From an uncultured Alphaproteobacteria bacterium (GTDB lineage Bacteria; Pseudomonadota; Alphaproteobacteria; RF32; CAG-239), in NCBI GenBank assembly GCA_947630965.1, contig CANRJO010000003.1:798-64797 (forward strand): a stretch of DNA of 64,000 nt. The letters run 5' to 3'. The notes beneath the pieces are model-generated. The model had not been told where the DNA came from and ran no database searches. It saw nothing but the letters and a program-made list of their open reading frames with translations. Shown piece after piece: positions 54,786 through 63,786 of this stretch. The position numbers and the translations under genes were made by a program. Every line of letters begins with the position of its first letter. Within the stretch, counting starts at the first letter, position 1.

Positions 54786-55226
54786 TGCCACCAGTTTATA
54801 TTCACAGTTTTGCCCATCAATTTTGATTTTATCCTGAGTCTGTTCGGATGAAACAAGACAGGAAATGTTTTCCAAATCTATTTTTATCTTAAAATGTACC
54901 GCTATCACAATTCTGAGAAGAGAATCTACCGTTTTATCAAGAGTAACTTCTTCGCGTTCCCATCGGCCGCAAGCTTGCGCTTCTTTGCCGAGAAGCTCTG
55001 AAAGTTGCTTTTGAGAATAGCCCATTTCTGAGCGTAAAAACCGAATTTCTTTTCCATTCAGAAGACCTGCTTTTTTAATCAGCCCTTCAGCGATAGCCTT
55101 GTGTAGTAAATTAATTTTTTGAATATAGATAACTTCTTCGCCGTTAACATCTTTAATGACGGGCATATTATAGATATAAACATTATCTAGTCCTGATTCT
55201 GTATAATGATAGGGTGTGTTTAACAT
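54783..55226 (-). CDS. type II antitoxin, XRE-family HTH (MqsA/HigA-like layout)
   Basis: 147 aa with HTH IRFLRSEMGYSQKQLSELLG. It overlaps the upstream toxin gene by 7 nt. Confidence 0.7.
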   Translation of the reverse strand: MLNTPYHYTESGLDNVYIYNMPVIKDVNGEEVIYIQKINLLHKAIAEGLIKKAGLLNGKEIRFLRSEMGYSQKQLSELLGKEAQACGRWEREEVTLDKTVDSLLRIVIAVHFKIKIDLENISCLVSSEQTQDKIKIDGQNCEYKLVA

Positions 55227-55570
55227 TTTTTATCACTCCACATAGCGGTTACAATTTCCTGCAATTTTATAGCAGGGATTTTTAACCTGTTAATTTCAAC
55301 AAGGATAATAAGGCTTATATTTCTTCGCCGAGAAAGACTTTGTGCTGTAATCTTATATTTATGAAATTTCCCTGTTTCGGGCTTGGCCTTTCCTTGATAT
55401 TCTTCAACAATACCGGTTTTTAAAATGTATAAAATTTCAGAGATTGTAATATCTCGTTCACGCATTCTCTCAAGGCAATGCTTTGTATAACACAAATCAA
55501 GATCATCGCTACGCGCCATCGTATTAATAGCGCCGGTCATATAAGTCAAATCTTCGAATTTTTTTTTCAA
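55220..55570 (-). CDS. DUF4258-family toxin candidate
   Basis: 116 aa. HCLERMRERDITISEILYILKTG resembles the DUF4258 signature. Confidence 0.65.
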   Translation of the reverse strand: MKKKFEDLTYMTGAINTMARSDDLDLCYTKHCLERMRERDITISEILYILKTGIVEEYQGKAKPETGKFHKYKITAQSLSRRRNISLIILVEINRLKIPAIKLQEIVTAMWSDKKC

Positions 55571-55635
55571 TATCCATATAGTATCCTTTGTTAAAAAGGA
55601 AATATATCACAATGATATATTTAAAGTCAAGAGTA

Positions 55636-55680
55636 TTTCACATAGAAATAAAAAAAAGAGGGGCACACCCCTCTTTTTTA
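55636..55680. repeat. ~45-bp direct repeat containing a bidirectional terminator, right copy (terminates secA)
   Basis: tttcacatagaaataaaaaaaagaggggcacacccctctttttta. Confidence 0.85.
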
Positions 55681-55691
55681 CTCGTCTTTTT

Positions 55692-58409
55692 TTACTCGAT
55701 TCGCCCGTGGCAATGCTTGAATTTTTTGCCACTACCGCAAGGGCAGGGATCATTTCGTGCCACTTTGCCCCATGTGGATGGATCTTTCGGATCAAAATCC
55801 TTATGGCGGAAAGTTTCCGGCTTTTCTGGTTCCGAACTGTGCGTGGCGGTATTTTCGCCTTGCATATTTTCATGAACTTCCGTCATGCGCATGTTCGGTT
55901 GACGTGGTGCCGCATCTTGTGCGGATTCTTGGCGAATAACCGCGCGACAAGCAATAATGGTCACTTGCTCTTTTAAGGCATCCAAAAGGCTTGAAAACAT
56001 ATTAAATGCCTCGCGCTTATATTCATTCAAGGGGTCTTTTTGCCCATAAGCGCGCAAAACAATGGTATGCCGCATGAGATCAAGCGTGGCAATATGCTCT
56101 TTCCAAAGCTGATCAAGCGTTTGCAATAAAATGCTTTTCTCCACCATTTTCACCACATCTTGCGGCACGCCAGCATTTTTTTCTTCCATGCGCTTATTGA
56201 CTTCCGCCAGAATTTTTTGCTGCATTTCTTCGGCGGAAATGTCGGGTTCATTCGCCCAATTATTAATCGGGAGCACCAAACCCGTAATGCGCATAAGATC
56301 TTGCTTTAAGTTATCTTTCAGCCATTCTTCAGGCGCGCTTCCTTGCGGAATGTAAGCCGAGATAATATTGCTCAAATATTCTTCTCGCATTTCCAAAATG
56401 GTATCCGAAACATCGTCCGATTCCATCAACTCTTTGCGCTGTTGATAGATAACCTTACGTTGTTCATTCATGACGTTGTCATATTTAAGCAAGTTTTTGC
56501 GAATATCAAAGTTCCGTTCTTCCACCTTTTGTTGAGCTTTTTCCAGAGCCTTACTGATCCACGGGTGAACAAGCGCCTCACCTTCGGGCAGGCCGAGTTT
56601 TTTCAAAACATTACCCATACGTTCTGAACCAAAAATACGCATCAAGTCATCTTGCATAGAAAGGAAGAATTTGGAAGTTCCAGGGTCGCCCTGACGCCCG
56701 GAACGTCCGCGGAGCTGATTATCGATTCGCCGGCTTTCATGGCGCTCTGTGCCTAAAATATACAAACCACCGGCCGCCAAAACTTTTTCTTTATCCGCCT
56801 CAACTTCTTTTTTGAATTTGGCTTTAAGTTTTTCAATCTGATCAGGCGTTTCATCGCCTTTAAGGGCGGATTTCAACATCATATCAGGGTTGCCGCCAAG
56901 CTGAATATCGGTACCACGGCCGGCCATATTGGTTGCAATAGTCACTGCGCCCGAAACGCCGGCTTGTGCCACAATAGCGGCTTCACGCTCATGATGACGC
57001 GCGTTCAAAATTTCAAACTTAAGCTTAGGTGCTGCCTCTTTTAACATGGAAGCAACAATTTCCGATTTTTCAACCGAGGTCGTACCTACCAAAACAGGTT
57101 GTCCGCGCCGATGACAATCTAAAATTGTTTGAATAATAGCCTTATATTTTTCAGCTTCCGTGCGGTAGATTTCATCGTGTTCATCAACACGGATAACAGG
57201 CTTGTTGGTGGGGATTTCCACGCAAGTCAAGCCATAAATATCGGCAAATTCGGCCTCTTCAGTCATGGCTGTACCGGTCATACCCGAAAGTTTCGGATAA
57301 AGTCTGAAATAATTTTGGAATGTAATAGAAGCAAGCGTTTGGTTTTCAGACTGAATATCCACATGTTCCTTAGCTTCCAAAGCCTGATGCAAACCATCGC
57401 TATAACGGCGCCCTTCCATAATACGCCCCGTAAACTCGTCCACAATCACAACTTTGCCGTCTTTAACAATATAGTCCACATCGCGGGCAAACATTTTATG
57501 CGCGCGCAAAGCTTGGTTGACATGCTGAACAAGTTGCACATTAGCAACATCGTAAAGCCCGCCTTCTTTAATGAGTCCGGCTTCTTTTAAAAGCGCTTCA
57601 ATATGAGTCATACCGCTTTCGGTAAGCGTAACGGTTTTGGCTTTTTCGTCCTTTTCATAATCAGAATCTTTAAGCTTGGGAATAATAGCGTCAACGGTTC
57701 TGTAACGCTCTGATGAATCTTCCGCCGCGCCTGAAATAATAAGCGGGGTGCGGGCTTCATCAATCAAAATCGAGTCTACCTCATCAACAATGGCAAAGTT
57801 AAATGGGCGTTGGACGCGCTCTTCTAAGCTAAATTTCATATTGTCGCGCAAATAGTCAAACCCGAGTTCATTGTTGGTGCCATAGATAATGTCAGCGGCA
57901 TAAGCCTCGCGGCGCTGATTATCATTTTTACCATGGACAATATAATCAACAGTCAAACCCAAAAACCGATAAACCTGCCCCATCCATTCCGCATCGCGCT
58001 TGGCAAGATAATCATTGACCGTCACAATGTGGACGCCTTTGCCCTCAAGGGCGTTCAAATACGCCGCCAAAGTTGCGACAAGCGTTTTGCCTTCACCTGT
58101 TTTCATTTCGGCAATCATGCCTTTGTGTAAAACCAAACCGCCAACAAGCTGAACATCGTAATGCCGTTGTCCGAGTGTACGTTTAGCAGCCTCGCGCACA
58201 GTAGCGAAAGCCTCTGTTAAGATGTCGTCCATCGATTCGCCGTTTTTGAGACGCTCACGAAATTCATTTGTTTTAGCTTTAAGTTCTTCATCGGAAAGCT
58301 TAACAAAGTCCGGTTCCAGGGCGTTGATTTTTTCAACGGTTTTAAAAAGTTTTTTAACAAAACGTTCATTAGCGCTGCCAAACAGCGTGCGACAAATTTT
58401 ATTTAACAT
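55692..58409 (-). CDS. secA: preprotein translocase ATPase SecA
   Basis: 905 aa. DEAD motor domains and a C-terminal zinc site [14 protein letters not shown]. Confidence 0.97.
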   Translation of the reverse strand: MLNKICRTLFGSANERFVKKLFKTVEKINALEPDFVKLSDEELKAKTNEFRERLKNGESMDDILTEAFATVREAAKRTLGQRHYDVQLVGGLVLHKGMIAEMKTGEGKTLVATLAAYLNALEGKGVHIVTVNDYLAKRDAEWMGQVYRFLGLTVDYIVHGKNDNQRREAYAADIIYGTNNELGFDYLRDNMKFSLEERVQRPFNFAIVDEVDSILIDEARTPLIISGAAEDSSERYRTVDAIIPKLKDSDYEKDEKAKTVTLTESGMTHIEALLKEAGLIKEGGLYDVANVQLVQHVNQALRAHKMFARDVDYIVKDGKVVIVDEFTGRIMEGRRYSDGLHQALEAKEHVDIQSENQTLASITFQNYFRLYPKLSGMTGTAMTEEAEFADIYGLTCVEIPTNKPVIRVDEHDEIYRTEAEKYKAIIQTILDCHRRGQPVLVGTTSVEKSEIVASMLKEAAPKLKFEILNARHHEREAAIVAQAGVSGAVTIATNMAGRGTDIQLGGNPDMMLKSALKGDETPDQIEKLKAKFKKEVEADKEKVLAAGGLYILGTERHESRRIDNQLRGRSGRQGDPGTSKFFLSMQDDLMRIFGSERMGNVLKKLGLPEGEALVHPWISKALEKAQQKVEERNFDIRKNLLKYDNVMNEQRKVIYQQRKELMESDDVSDTILEMREEYLSNIISAYIPQGSAPEEWLKDNLKQDLMRITGLVLPINNWANEPDISAEEMQQKILAEVNKRMEEKNAGVPQDVVKMVEKSILLQTLDQLWKEHIATLDLMRHTIVLRAYGQKDPLNEYKREAFNMFSSLLDALKEQVTIIACRAVIRQESAQDAAPRQPNMRMTEVHENMQGENTATHSSEPEKPETFRHKDFDPKDPSTWGKVARNDPCPCGSGKKFKHCHGRIE

Positions 58410-58567
58410 AGAGATAACCTTTATTATTGCAATATTTTACATTTAGTGTTTCTCAAAAATAATGTCAATACTGTGAACAAAAGTTATAAACGTCTGTTAA
58501 AAAAATGTTTGGAATATTTACAAATAAAGTTTATATTGCATTCAGAAAAATTTTTTTGGAGGGTAAA

Positions 58568-59407
58568 ATGAAAAAGAAATACATATTAAGCACAACGGCT
58601 GCCGTTGTTTTGGTTATTGTTGCGGCATCTGTTGCATTCAAGGCTTGTGCGGCAGGCGGTGTTGCAGCGCGTGTAAACGGTGAGATCATCACGGTTGATG
58701 AAATCAGAAAGGCATATGAAGCCAACCCGCAAATTAAAGAGCAGGTTCCGTTTGATGAGTTTTACACCAAAGCGGTTGACGTTTTTGTAAACGGCAAGTT
58801 GCTTTATCAGGCAGCGCATGAAGCCAAGGTTGAGGAGCTTCCTGTTTACAAAGAGCAGATCAAAGCCGCCTCGGAGGATTTAGCGCGTAAAGTTTATTTA
58901 GAGAACATTGTTGTTGAAAAGGTCAATGACGCTGCTGTCAAAGATTTTTATGAAAATCAGTATGTGAAGGGCTTTACAACCAAGAAAGAAGCAAAAGCCA
59001 AACACATTTTGGTTGATGATGAAGCCACAGCAAAAAGCATTATTCAAAAGTTAAGCAAAGGCGAAAAGTTTGACAAGCTTGCTGAGGAATACTCCAAAGA
59101 TCAGGCTGATTTAGGTTGGTTCACGGAAGATATTATGGTGCCGGAATTCTCTGAAGCCGTCTTTGCCATGAAGAAAGGCACATATTCTGAAAAGCCTGTC
59201 AAAACGCAGTTTGGTTGGCATGTGATTTATGCTGAAGATTTTCGCGATTCCAAGCCCTTGCCGTTAAAGGACATTGAACCGCAAATCCGCAACTTAATGT
59301 CACAAAAGTATATTGCCGAAACGTTCGATTCGCTCGCTGACAAAGCGCAGATTGAAAAGTACGATCTCAAAGGCAAGAAGTTGCCTGAGGCAAAACCGGC
59401 TGAATAA
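58568..59407 (+). CDS. parvulin-type peptidyl-prolyl isomerase (PpiC/SurA-like)
   Basis: I moved the start to ATG 58568 (GGAGGG upstream). Signal/anchor sequence, and a parvulin domain KHILV...FGWHVIY. Confidence 0.85.
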   Translation: MKKKYILSTTAAVVLVIVAASVAFKACAAGGVAARVNGEIITVDEIRKAYEANPQIKEQVPFDEFYTKAVDVFVNGKLLYQAAHEAKVEELPVYKEQIKAASEDLARKVYLENIVVEKVNDAAVKDFYENQYVKGFTTKKEAKAKHILVDDEATAKSIIQKLSKGEKFDKLAEEYSKDQADLGWFTEDIMVPEFSEAVFAMKKGTYSEKPVKTQFGWHVIYAEDFRDSKPLPLKDIEPQIRNLMSQKYIAETFDSLADKAQIEKYDLKGKKLPEAKPAE

Positions 59408-59430
59408 AAATAGGCGGTTAAAAGCATACA

Positions 59431-59458
59431 AAAAAAGCCCCGAAAGGGGCTTTTTTTA
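59431..59458. terminator. bidirectional rho-independent terminator
   Basis: aaaaaaagcccc gaaa ggggcttttttt. Confidence 0.8.
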
Positions 59459-59929
59459 CATAGTGCAGCAAACCAAAATTGTATATAAATAAACAATAAA
59501 CGCTAAAACTGTTGAATAAAAAACAATAGTCTTCGAAGGTTTTTGATGCACAATAGTTTGAAAACAGCTTGCGACAGCAGGCACAAACGGAAAGACAGTC
59601 CATAGGATGCTTGCGTTTGAATGAATTAAAAGCGCCACAATCAGCAGGCAAGCTGAACAGAGAATCATTCGGGCATTCAAGTGCGGTTTATAAAACGGCT
59701 CTTTCACGTAGTTATTGTAACAAAGCTGTCCTGCCCCGATTAAAAAGATGATTATCAGCTCAAAAAGCATAGCAACATTTAGGTTTTGTTTAAGCATTGA
59801 GTTGATAGGTTGTAAAAAAACAACAATCGCCATCACACAAAGAGCAGCGGACACAATCGCCACAAAGCTAGTGATCAATTTCTGATGTTTTGCCACGAAA
59901 AGTTCTTCATTTTGAATTTTTGTTTCCAT
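59456..59929 (-). CDS. membrane protein (4-5 TM), unknown function
   Basis: 157 aa, hydrophobic, with no domain recognised. Confidence 0.5.
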   Translation of the reverse strand: METKIQNEELFVAKHQKLITSFVAIVSAALCVMAIVVFLQPINSMLKQNLNVAMLFELIIIFLIGAGQLCYNNYVKEPFYKPHLNARMILCSACLLIVALLIHSNASILWTVFPFVPAVASCFQTIVHQKPSKTIVFYSTVLAFIVYLYTILVCCTM

Positions 59930-60080
59930 AATAATGACATTTATAATTTATTTCTGCCTACATTTTAGAGAAAAATACAAAATTTGTCAAGAAAAACTTA
60001 AGCCCAAATAATGCCCAATTTTCCACAGGGGAATTGCCTAGAGCAATATAACGTAAAAACAAGGCTTTGTTTATAAAAAA

Positions 60081-60120
60081 TGATACAAAAAAATACAAAA
60101 TGATACAAAAAAGTACAAAA
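60081..60120. repeat. 10-bp-phased A-tract tandem repeat (2 x 20 bp)
   Basis: tgatacaaaaaaatacaaaa / tgatacaaaaaagtacaaaa. Further TACAAAA and GGACAT units extend to ~60150. Confidence 0.8.
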
Positions 60121-60219
60121 CAGGACATTTTAATACAAAAAAGGACATGACATTTATATGAATATGAGTTATTAATATTCGTGTAAGAGAATAACAACTT
60201 TAATTAAGGAGAAAAACAA

Positions 60220-61452
60220 ATGTCTTACAGATTATTAGATGGTCGAGTCGTTGAAGATGCAAATGATGAGAAGCTGACCAAACGCTTTGGAAGCACATAC
60301 ACATTTTTTAAAAAGCAACATCCATCGTTGCATAAGCTTCCCGAGAATGAGGTGAGCGAAATCTGCTACACCTTCAACAAAAGCCCATACGGCGACACGC
60401 CTGAAAAGGCGGTTGCCCGAACAAATGATTATATTAAAAGTCAAATGCCCCGTTGGGAGAAAGAATATTTTAACCCAATGCCAACAACACCCAAACCAAT
60501 GAGCGCAAGCGCCAATATGAACGCGAATGCGAACACCGCGGCAAGTTGGGGCAACTTCGGAACAATGAACAAGAACAATATGTTCACAACCTCAAGCGGA
60601 AAATCGCTCAAACAAAACACATGGGAAAGTTTAGGTGGTACAAAAGCGGATAGTTTTGACAGTTTCACACCTATGAAAATGCCCAAACCCGCCGCGCAAC
60701 CGAAAGCGCCGCAAATGCCGCCGATGCCGCAAATGACGCCAATGCCACAAATGACGCCAATGCCACAAATGCAAACCCCAACCCCTTGGGCAAGTGGGCT
60801 GAAGACAATGGCACAAGTGCTATCTTATGACAAACCCCAACTTATGGGCTTCCCAGGGATGGCTTTACCTTGGGCTGTAAAACAAATGGAAAATATGTGG
60901 AATGATGTTAACAGGTATTCTGATATGTGGAATAATGTTAATAGGTATTCTGATGGTTCTCCAATGTTTGAGAATTTAAATCCAGTTTTCCAAACTATTG
61001 CAAAAGCGGCAAATGTCGTTGATACGCACTATCAGGATAAACAACGGAGAAACTCCTCTCCAGACACTTTTTCACAATGGGATCAATATATCGCCACGTT
61101 AGCCAATCACATTAATGAATATGCTAAAATGAAAAATCATGGATATGTAAACCTTGACGACTATCATCATTGTAAAGTAAATTACAATGGAGCAAAGTTA
61201 GGTCAATATGGGGATAACATGGCTGATCAACTTGGAATTATGAAGGAATGGTGGGATAAACTAAAAAATAGACATGTAAAAAAACTTCCGGAGCGAAGAG
61301 TACAAGATGATTTTATACACGATTTGCAGATAGATGCTACCGGTCGTGCAAGGGCAAATTTCGGAAATTACGGGTCTGCCGAAGATGCTTGTGCTGATTT
61401 TAGAAAGAAAAATAGAAAATTTAATACTGAGGAACTGCGGAAATATTGGTAA
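60220..61452 (+). CDS. protein with C-terminal serum-amyloid-A-like domain, PQM repeats, no signal peptide
   Basis: 410 aa with RBS [38 protein letters not shown] aligns with vertebrate SAA [47 protein letters not shown] aligns with EDSLADQAANEWGRS. Confidence 0.6.
   Translation: [410 protein letters not shown]
60709..60778 (+). repeat. in-frame 18-bp tandem repeat (PQMTPM units)
   Basis: atgccRcaaatgacgcca occurs ~3 times, with flanking degenerate units. Confidence 0.8.
60895..60954 (+). repeat. in-frame 30-bp tandem duplication (MWN(D/N)VNRYSD x2)
   Basis: Units at 60895-60924 and 60925-60954 differ at 2 nt. Confidence 0.9.
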
Positions 61453-61464
61453 AAGGAGTTAAGG

Positions 61465-61875
61465 ATGCAAATATTGAGGATATTAAAAAAAATTGGGCAA
61501 GCTCTGTGGCTTCTGTTTAAAATAGTTATAACCCTCATCATTTTATGTTGTGTTATCGTGTTTGCAGTGTTGGTATATGAGGATTTGCACACAGGCTCTT
61601 GTTATGACTTTGGCAATGTCTGGGATTACAAAGAAGACCGATGCCGAGATGATTGTGTTACTTTTGATAATGACAGAAACTGTGTTGCGTTAACACCGGA
61701 AGAAGTCAAGAAGTTTTATGAATCATCCTTAACAGATGAGGAATGGTTGGAAGTTTGCAAACGCAATCAAAAGCCCTATAACGCCAAAACCTTATATTGC
61801 GACATGAAATGGACACCCAAAGATTGCTTTAAGCTTGAAGGCGATTGGATTTATCCTGATATTTGCAACTCTTAA
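61465..61875 (+). CDS. membrane-anchored Cys-rich protein, co-transcribed with the SAA-like gene
   Basis: 136 aa, starting 12 nt after the upstream stop. N-terminal TM helix and 8 Cys in the ectodomain. Confidence 0.55.
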   Translation: MQILRILKKIGQALWLLFKIVITLIILCCVIVFAVLVYEDLHTGSCYDFGNVWDYKEDRCRDDCVTFDNDRNCVALTPEEVKKFYESSLTDEEWLEVCKRNQKPYNAKTLYCDMKWTPKDCFKLEGDWIYPDICNS

Positions 61876-61908
61876 ATCAAAGCCCCGCACAAGCGGGGCT
61901 TTGATTTA
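61876..61908. terminator. rho-independent terminator; also left copy of a 21-bp direct repeat
   Basis: atcaaagccccgc acaa gcggggctttgat. The core caaagccccgcacaagcgggg recurs at 62371. Confidence 0.75.
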
Positions 61909-61963
61909 AATATTTCTTGTAAAAAATTTATGATGTTGTAAAATATACTAAATAAAGGAACGC

Positions 61964-62368
61964 ATGATGGCAACAAAACAAAAATATTTACAAAAAGCCG
62001 ATAAATACCTAGCAAACATCTGTTTATTTTGCGGATATCTCGCTTTATGTTCAGTGAAATTTCAATTCATAGAAACCATATATGCATTTCCGCTAGCCTA
62101 TTTAGCAGTTCGGAAATATGTTTATTTTCAAGTGATTGCCGCAATATGTATTTTGGTGGGGATATTCAGCCATACGGAAATTTATGGACAAGATTCAAAC
62201 TTGATTTTTGGGCTATTGTTATTCTATCCATGTTTAATATTTGAGATTAGTAAATTTTTTTCCAAGAAAAATAGAGAAAAGAAAAGCCCGAAAATCATAG
62301 CGCTTGACACTATAGTTGCCATACTTTTTGCTTTGCTTGGTTACGCTCTTTACGCTAAAGCTCACTAG
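61964..62368 (+). CDS. small membrane protein (4 TM), unknown function
   Basis: 134 aa, hydrophobic. Confidence 0.5.
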   Translation: MMATKQKYLQKADKYLANICLFCGYLALCSVKFQFIETIYAFPLAYLAVRKYVYFQVIAAICILVGIFSHTEIYGQDSNLIFGLLLFYPCLIFEISKFFSKKNREKKSPKIIALDTIVAILFALLGYALYAKAH

Positions 62369-62400
62369 CACAAAGCCCCGCACAAGCGGGGTTTTATTTG
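62369..62400. terminator. bidirectional terminator; right copy of the 21-bp direct repeat
   Basis: aaagccccgc acaa gcggggtttt overlaps the truA stop. Confidence 0.75.
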
Positions 62401-63146
62401 TACATGACTTTTGTTAAATAAAGCCCGCTAGCTGGCGCGGTAACGCCTGCCTCGGAGCGTTTGCGGCTTTCTAAAATGGTTTGAATGTCTTGTGGTTGCA
62501 GATGTCCATCGCCCACCATTTTAAGCGTGCCGACCATATTACGCACCTGATGATATAAAAACGAACGCGCTTCCACCACAAAATCAATTTCATCGCCTGT
62601 TTTAATAATATCAAGCTTATCAAGCGTTTTTAAGGGCGAGAGCGCCTGACACCCCGCGCCGCGAAAAGCGCTAAAATCGTGATGCCCAAGCAAATATTTA
62701 GCCCCTTCGCGCATTTTTTCAACATTGAGCGGAAACGGAACATGCCATACCCTGTTTTCAAGCAATACTGGCCGTGCGCGCCGGTTCAAGAGACGGTAAA
62801 CATAGCCCCGACCAATGGCGGAAAACCTTGCGTGAAAATCTGCTGAAACTGGCTCAACATCAAGCACTGCCACAGGTGCGCCCATATCGCGCAAATGTGC
62901 ATTAAAAGCCTCGCGGAGCTGAAAAAGTTGCATATCCGTGTCTAAATCAAAGTGCGCCACTTGCCCCAAAGCATGCACGCCGGCATCAGTCCGCCCCGCG
63001 GCAAAAACATCAATTTCTTTGTGGCAAAAATTAAACAACGCTTGCTCCAAATAGCTTTGCGCACTTGGTCCTTCAAGTTGCTTTTGCCACCCGACAAGGG
63101 TTGTGCCGTCATATTCTATGGTCATTTTGTATCGTGTCATAGTCAA
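62394..63146 (-). CDS. truA: tRNA pseudouridine(38-40) synthase TruA
   Basis: 250 aa with the catalytic Asp in AAGRTDAGVHA. Confidence 0.93.
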   Translation of the reverse strand: MTMTRYKMTIEYDGTTLVGWQKQLEGPSAQSYLEQALFNFCHKEIDVFAAGRTDAGVHALGQVAHFDLDTDMQLFQLREAFNAHLRDMGAPVAVLDVEPVSADFHARFSAIGRGYVYRLLNRRARPVLLENRVWHVPFPLNVEKMREGAKYLLGHHDFSAFRGAGCQALSPLKTLDKLDIIKTGDEIDFVVEARSFLYHQVRNMVGTLKMVGDGHLQPQDIQTILESRKRSEAGVTAPASGLYLTKVMYK

Positions 63147-63231
63147 AAAATATCTGATTTTAATGCTTTATGCAACAGTTTTATGTGACAAATAAAAATT
63201 TTAAATTATATCTCTGCCGATTTAGAAAAAC

Positions 63232-63261
63232 AAAAAAACCGCCTTTAGGCGGTTTTTTTTA
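63232..63261. terminator. bidirectional rho-independent terminator
   Basis: aaaaaaaccgcc ttta ggcggtttttttt. Confidence 0.75.
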
Positions 63262-63696
63262 TAAAAAGAGAAAAGGTCGGGCAAACGCAAACTGCATTTC
63301 GTGTAAAACCAATTCCCCTTTTGGTAAAAAACTAACAGCTCTCCGATAATAATCTTCTTCGGCTTTGGAGCGGCTCCAATATTTTGCCGGTTTTAAAGGC
63401 TCTACGCCCAACAAATGCAAAACGCGGTCAAAATCTGCATGATGTTCCAATAACAGCCTAAGATCTTCAATGGTCGGTAGCTGATAAAATAAATTTTGCT
63501 CTGTCATAGCAAAGCAAGCATCCCTTGCGTTGGCATAACGCATTTTCGGTAAATCGCGGACATAGACGGCAACTTCATCCGGCTTCAAGTAAACAGCAAG
63601 CGGTTTTTGCCCCGCTTCATAATACCACGATTCCGTATTTTCGTATAATACCAAAAAAGGGAGCCGATCAGAATAAGAAAATTTTTTTCGGCTCAT
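63259..63696 (-). CDS. hypothetical protein (weak DUF1566-like motif)
   Basis: 145 aa. ARDACFAMTEQNLFYQLPTIEDLRLL faintly resembles the DUF1566 core. No signal peptide. Confidence 0.4.
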   Translation of the reverse strand: MSRKKFSYSDRLPFLVLYENTESWYYEAGQKPLAVYLKPDEVAVYVRDLPKMRYANARDACFAMTEQNLFYQLPTIEDLRLLLEHHADFDRVLHLLGVEPLKPAKYWSRSKAEEDYYRRAVSFLPKGELVLHEMQFAFARPFLFL

Positions 63697-63786
63697 AATA
63701 AAAAGAATAATTAAAAAACGCCCTCAGTTTAGACTCTTTTTTTATTTTGTCAAGGGCGCTTTTTATTGATGAATTTGAGCTGATTT

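Noticed and set aside
55588-55875. ORFs 55588-55875 (+) and 55607-55873 (-) at the secA 3' end.
   Set aside because: They overlap the secA C-terminal zinc-finger coding region and the terminator repeat. They are artefacts.
60081-60150. Checked whether the short tandem repeats could be a CRISPR array.
   Set aside because: The units are 10-20 bp and contiguous, with no spacers, and no cas genes are present.
59958-60197. Minus-strand 79-aa ORF in the AT-rich spacer upstream of the SAA-like gene.
   Set aside because: It is composed of translated A/T-tract repeats (FVLFCI.. twice), with no RBS. It overlaps the phased repeat array.
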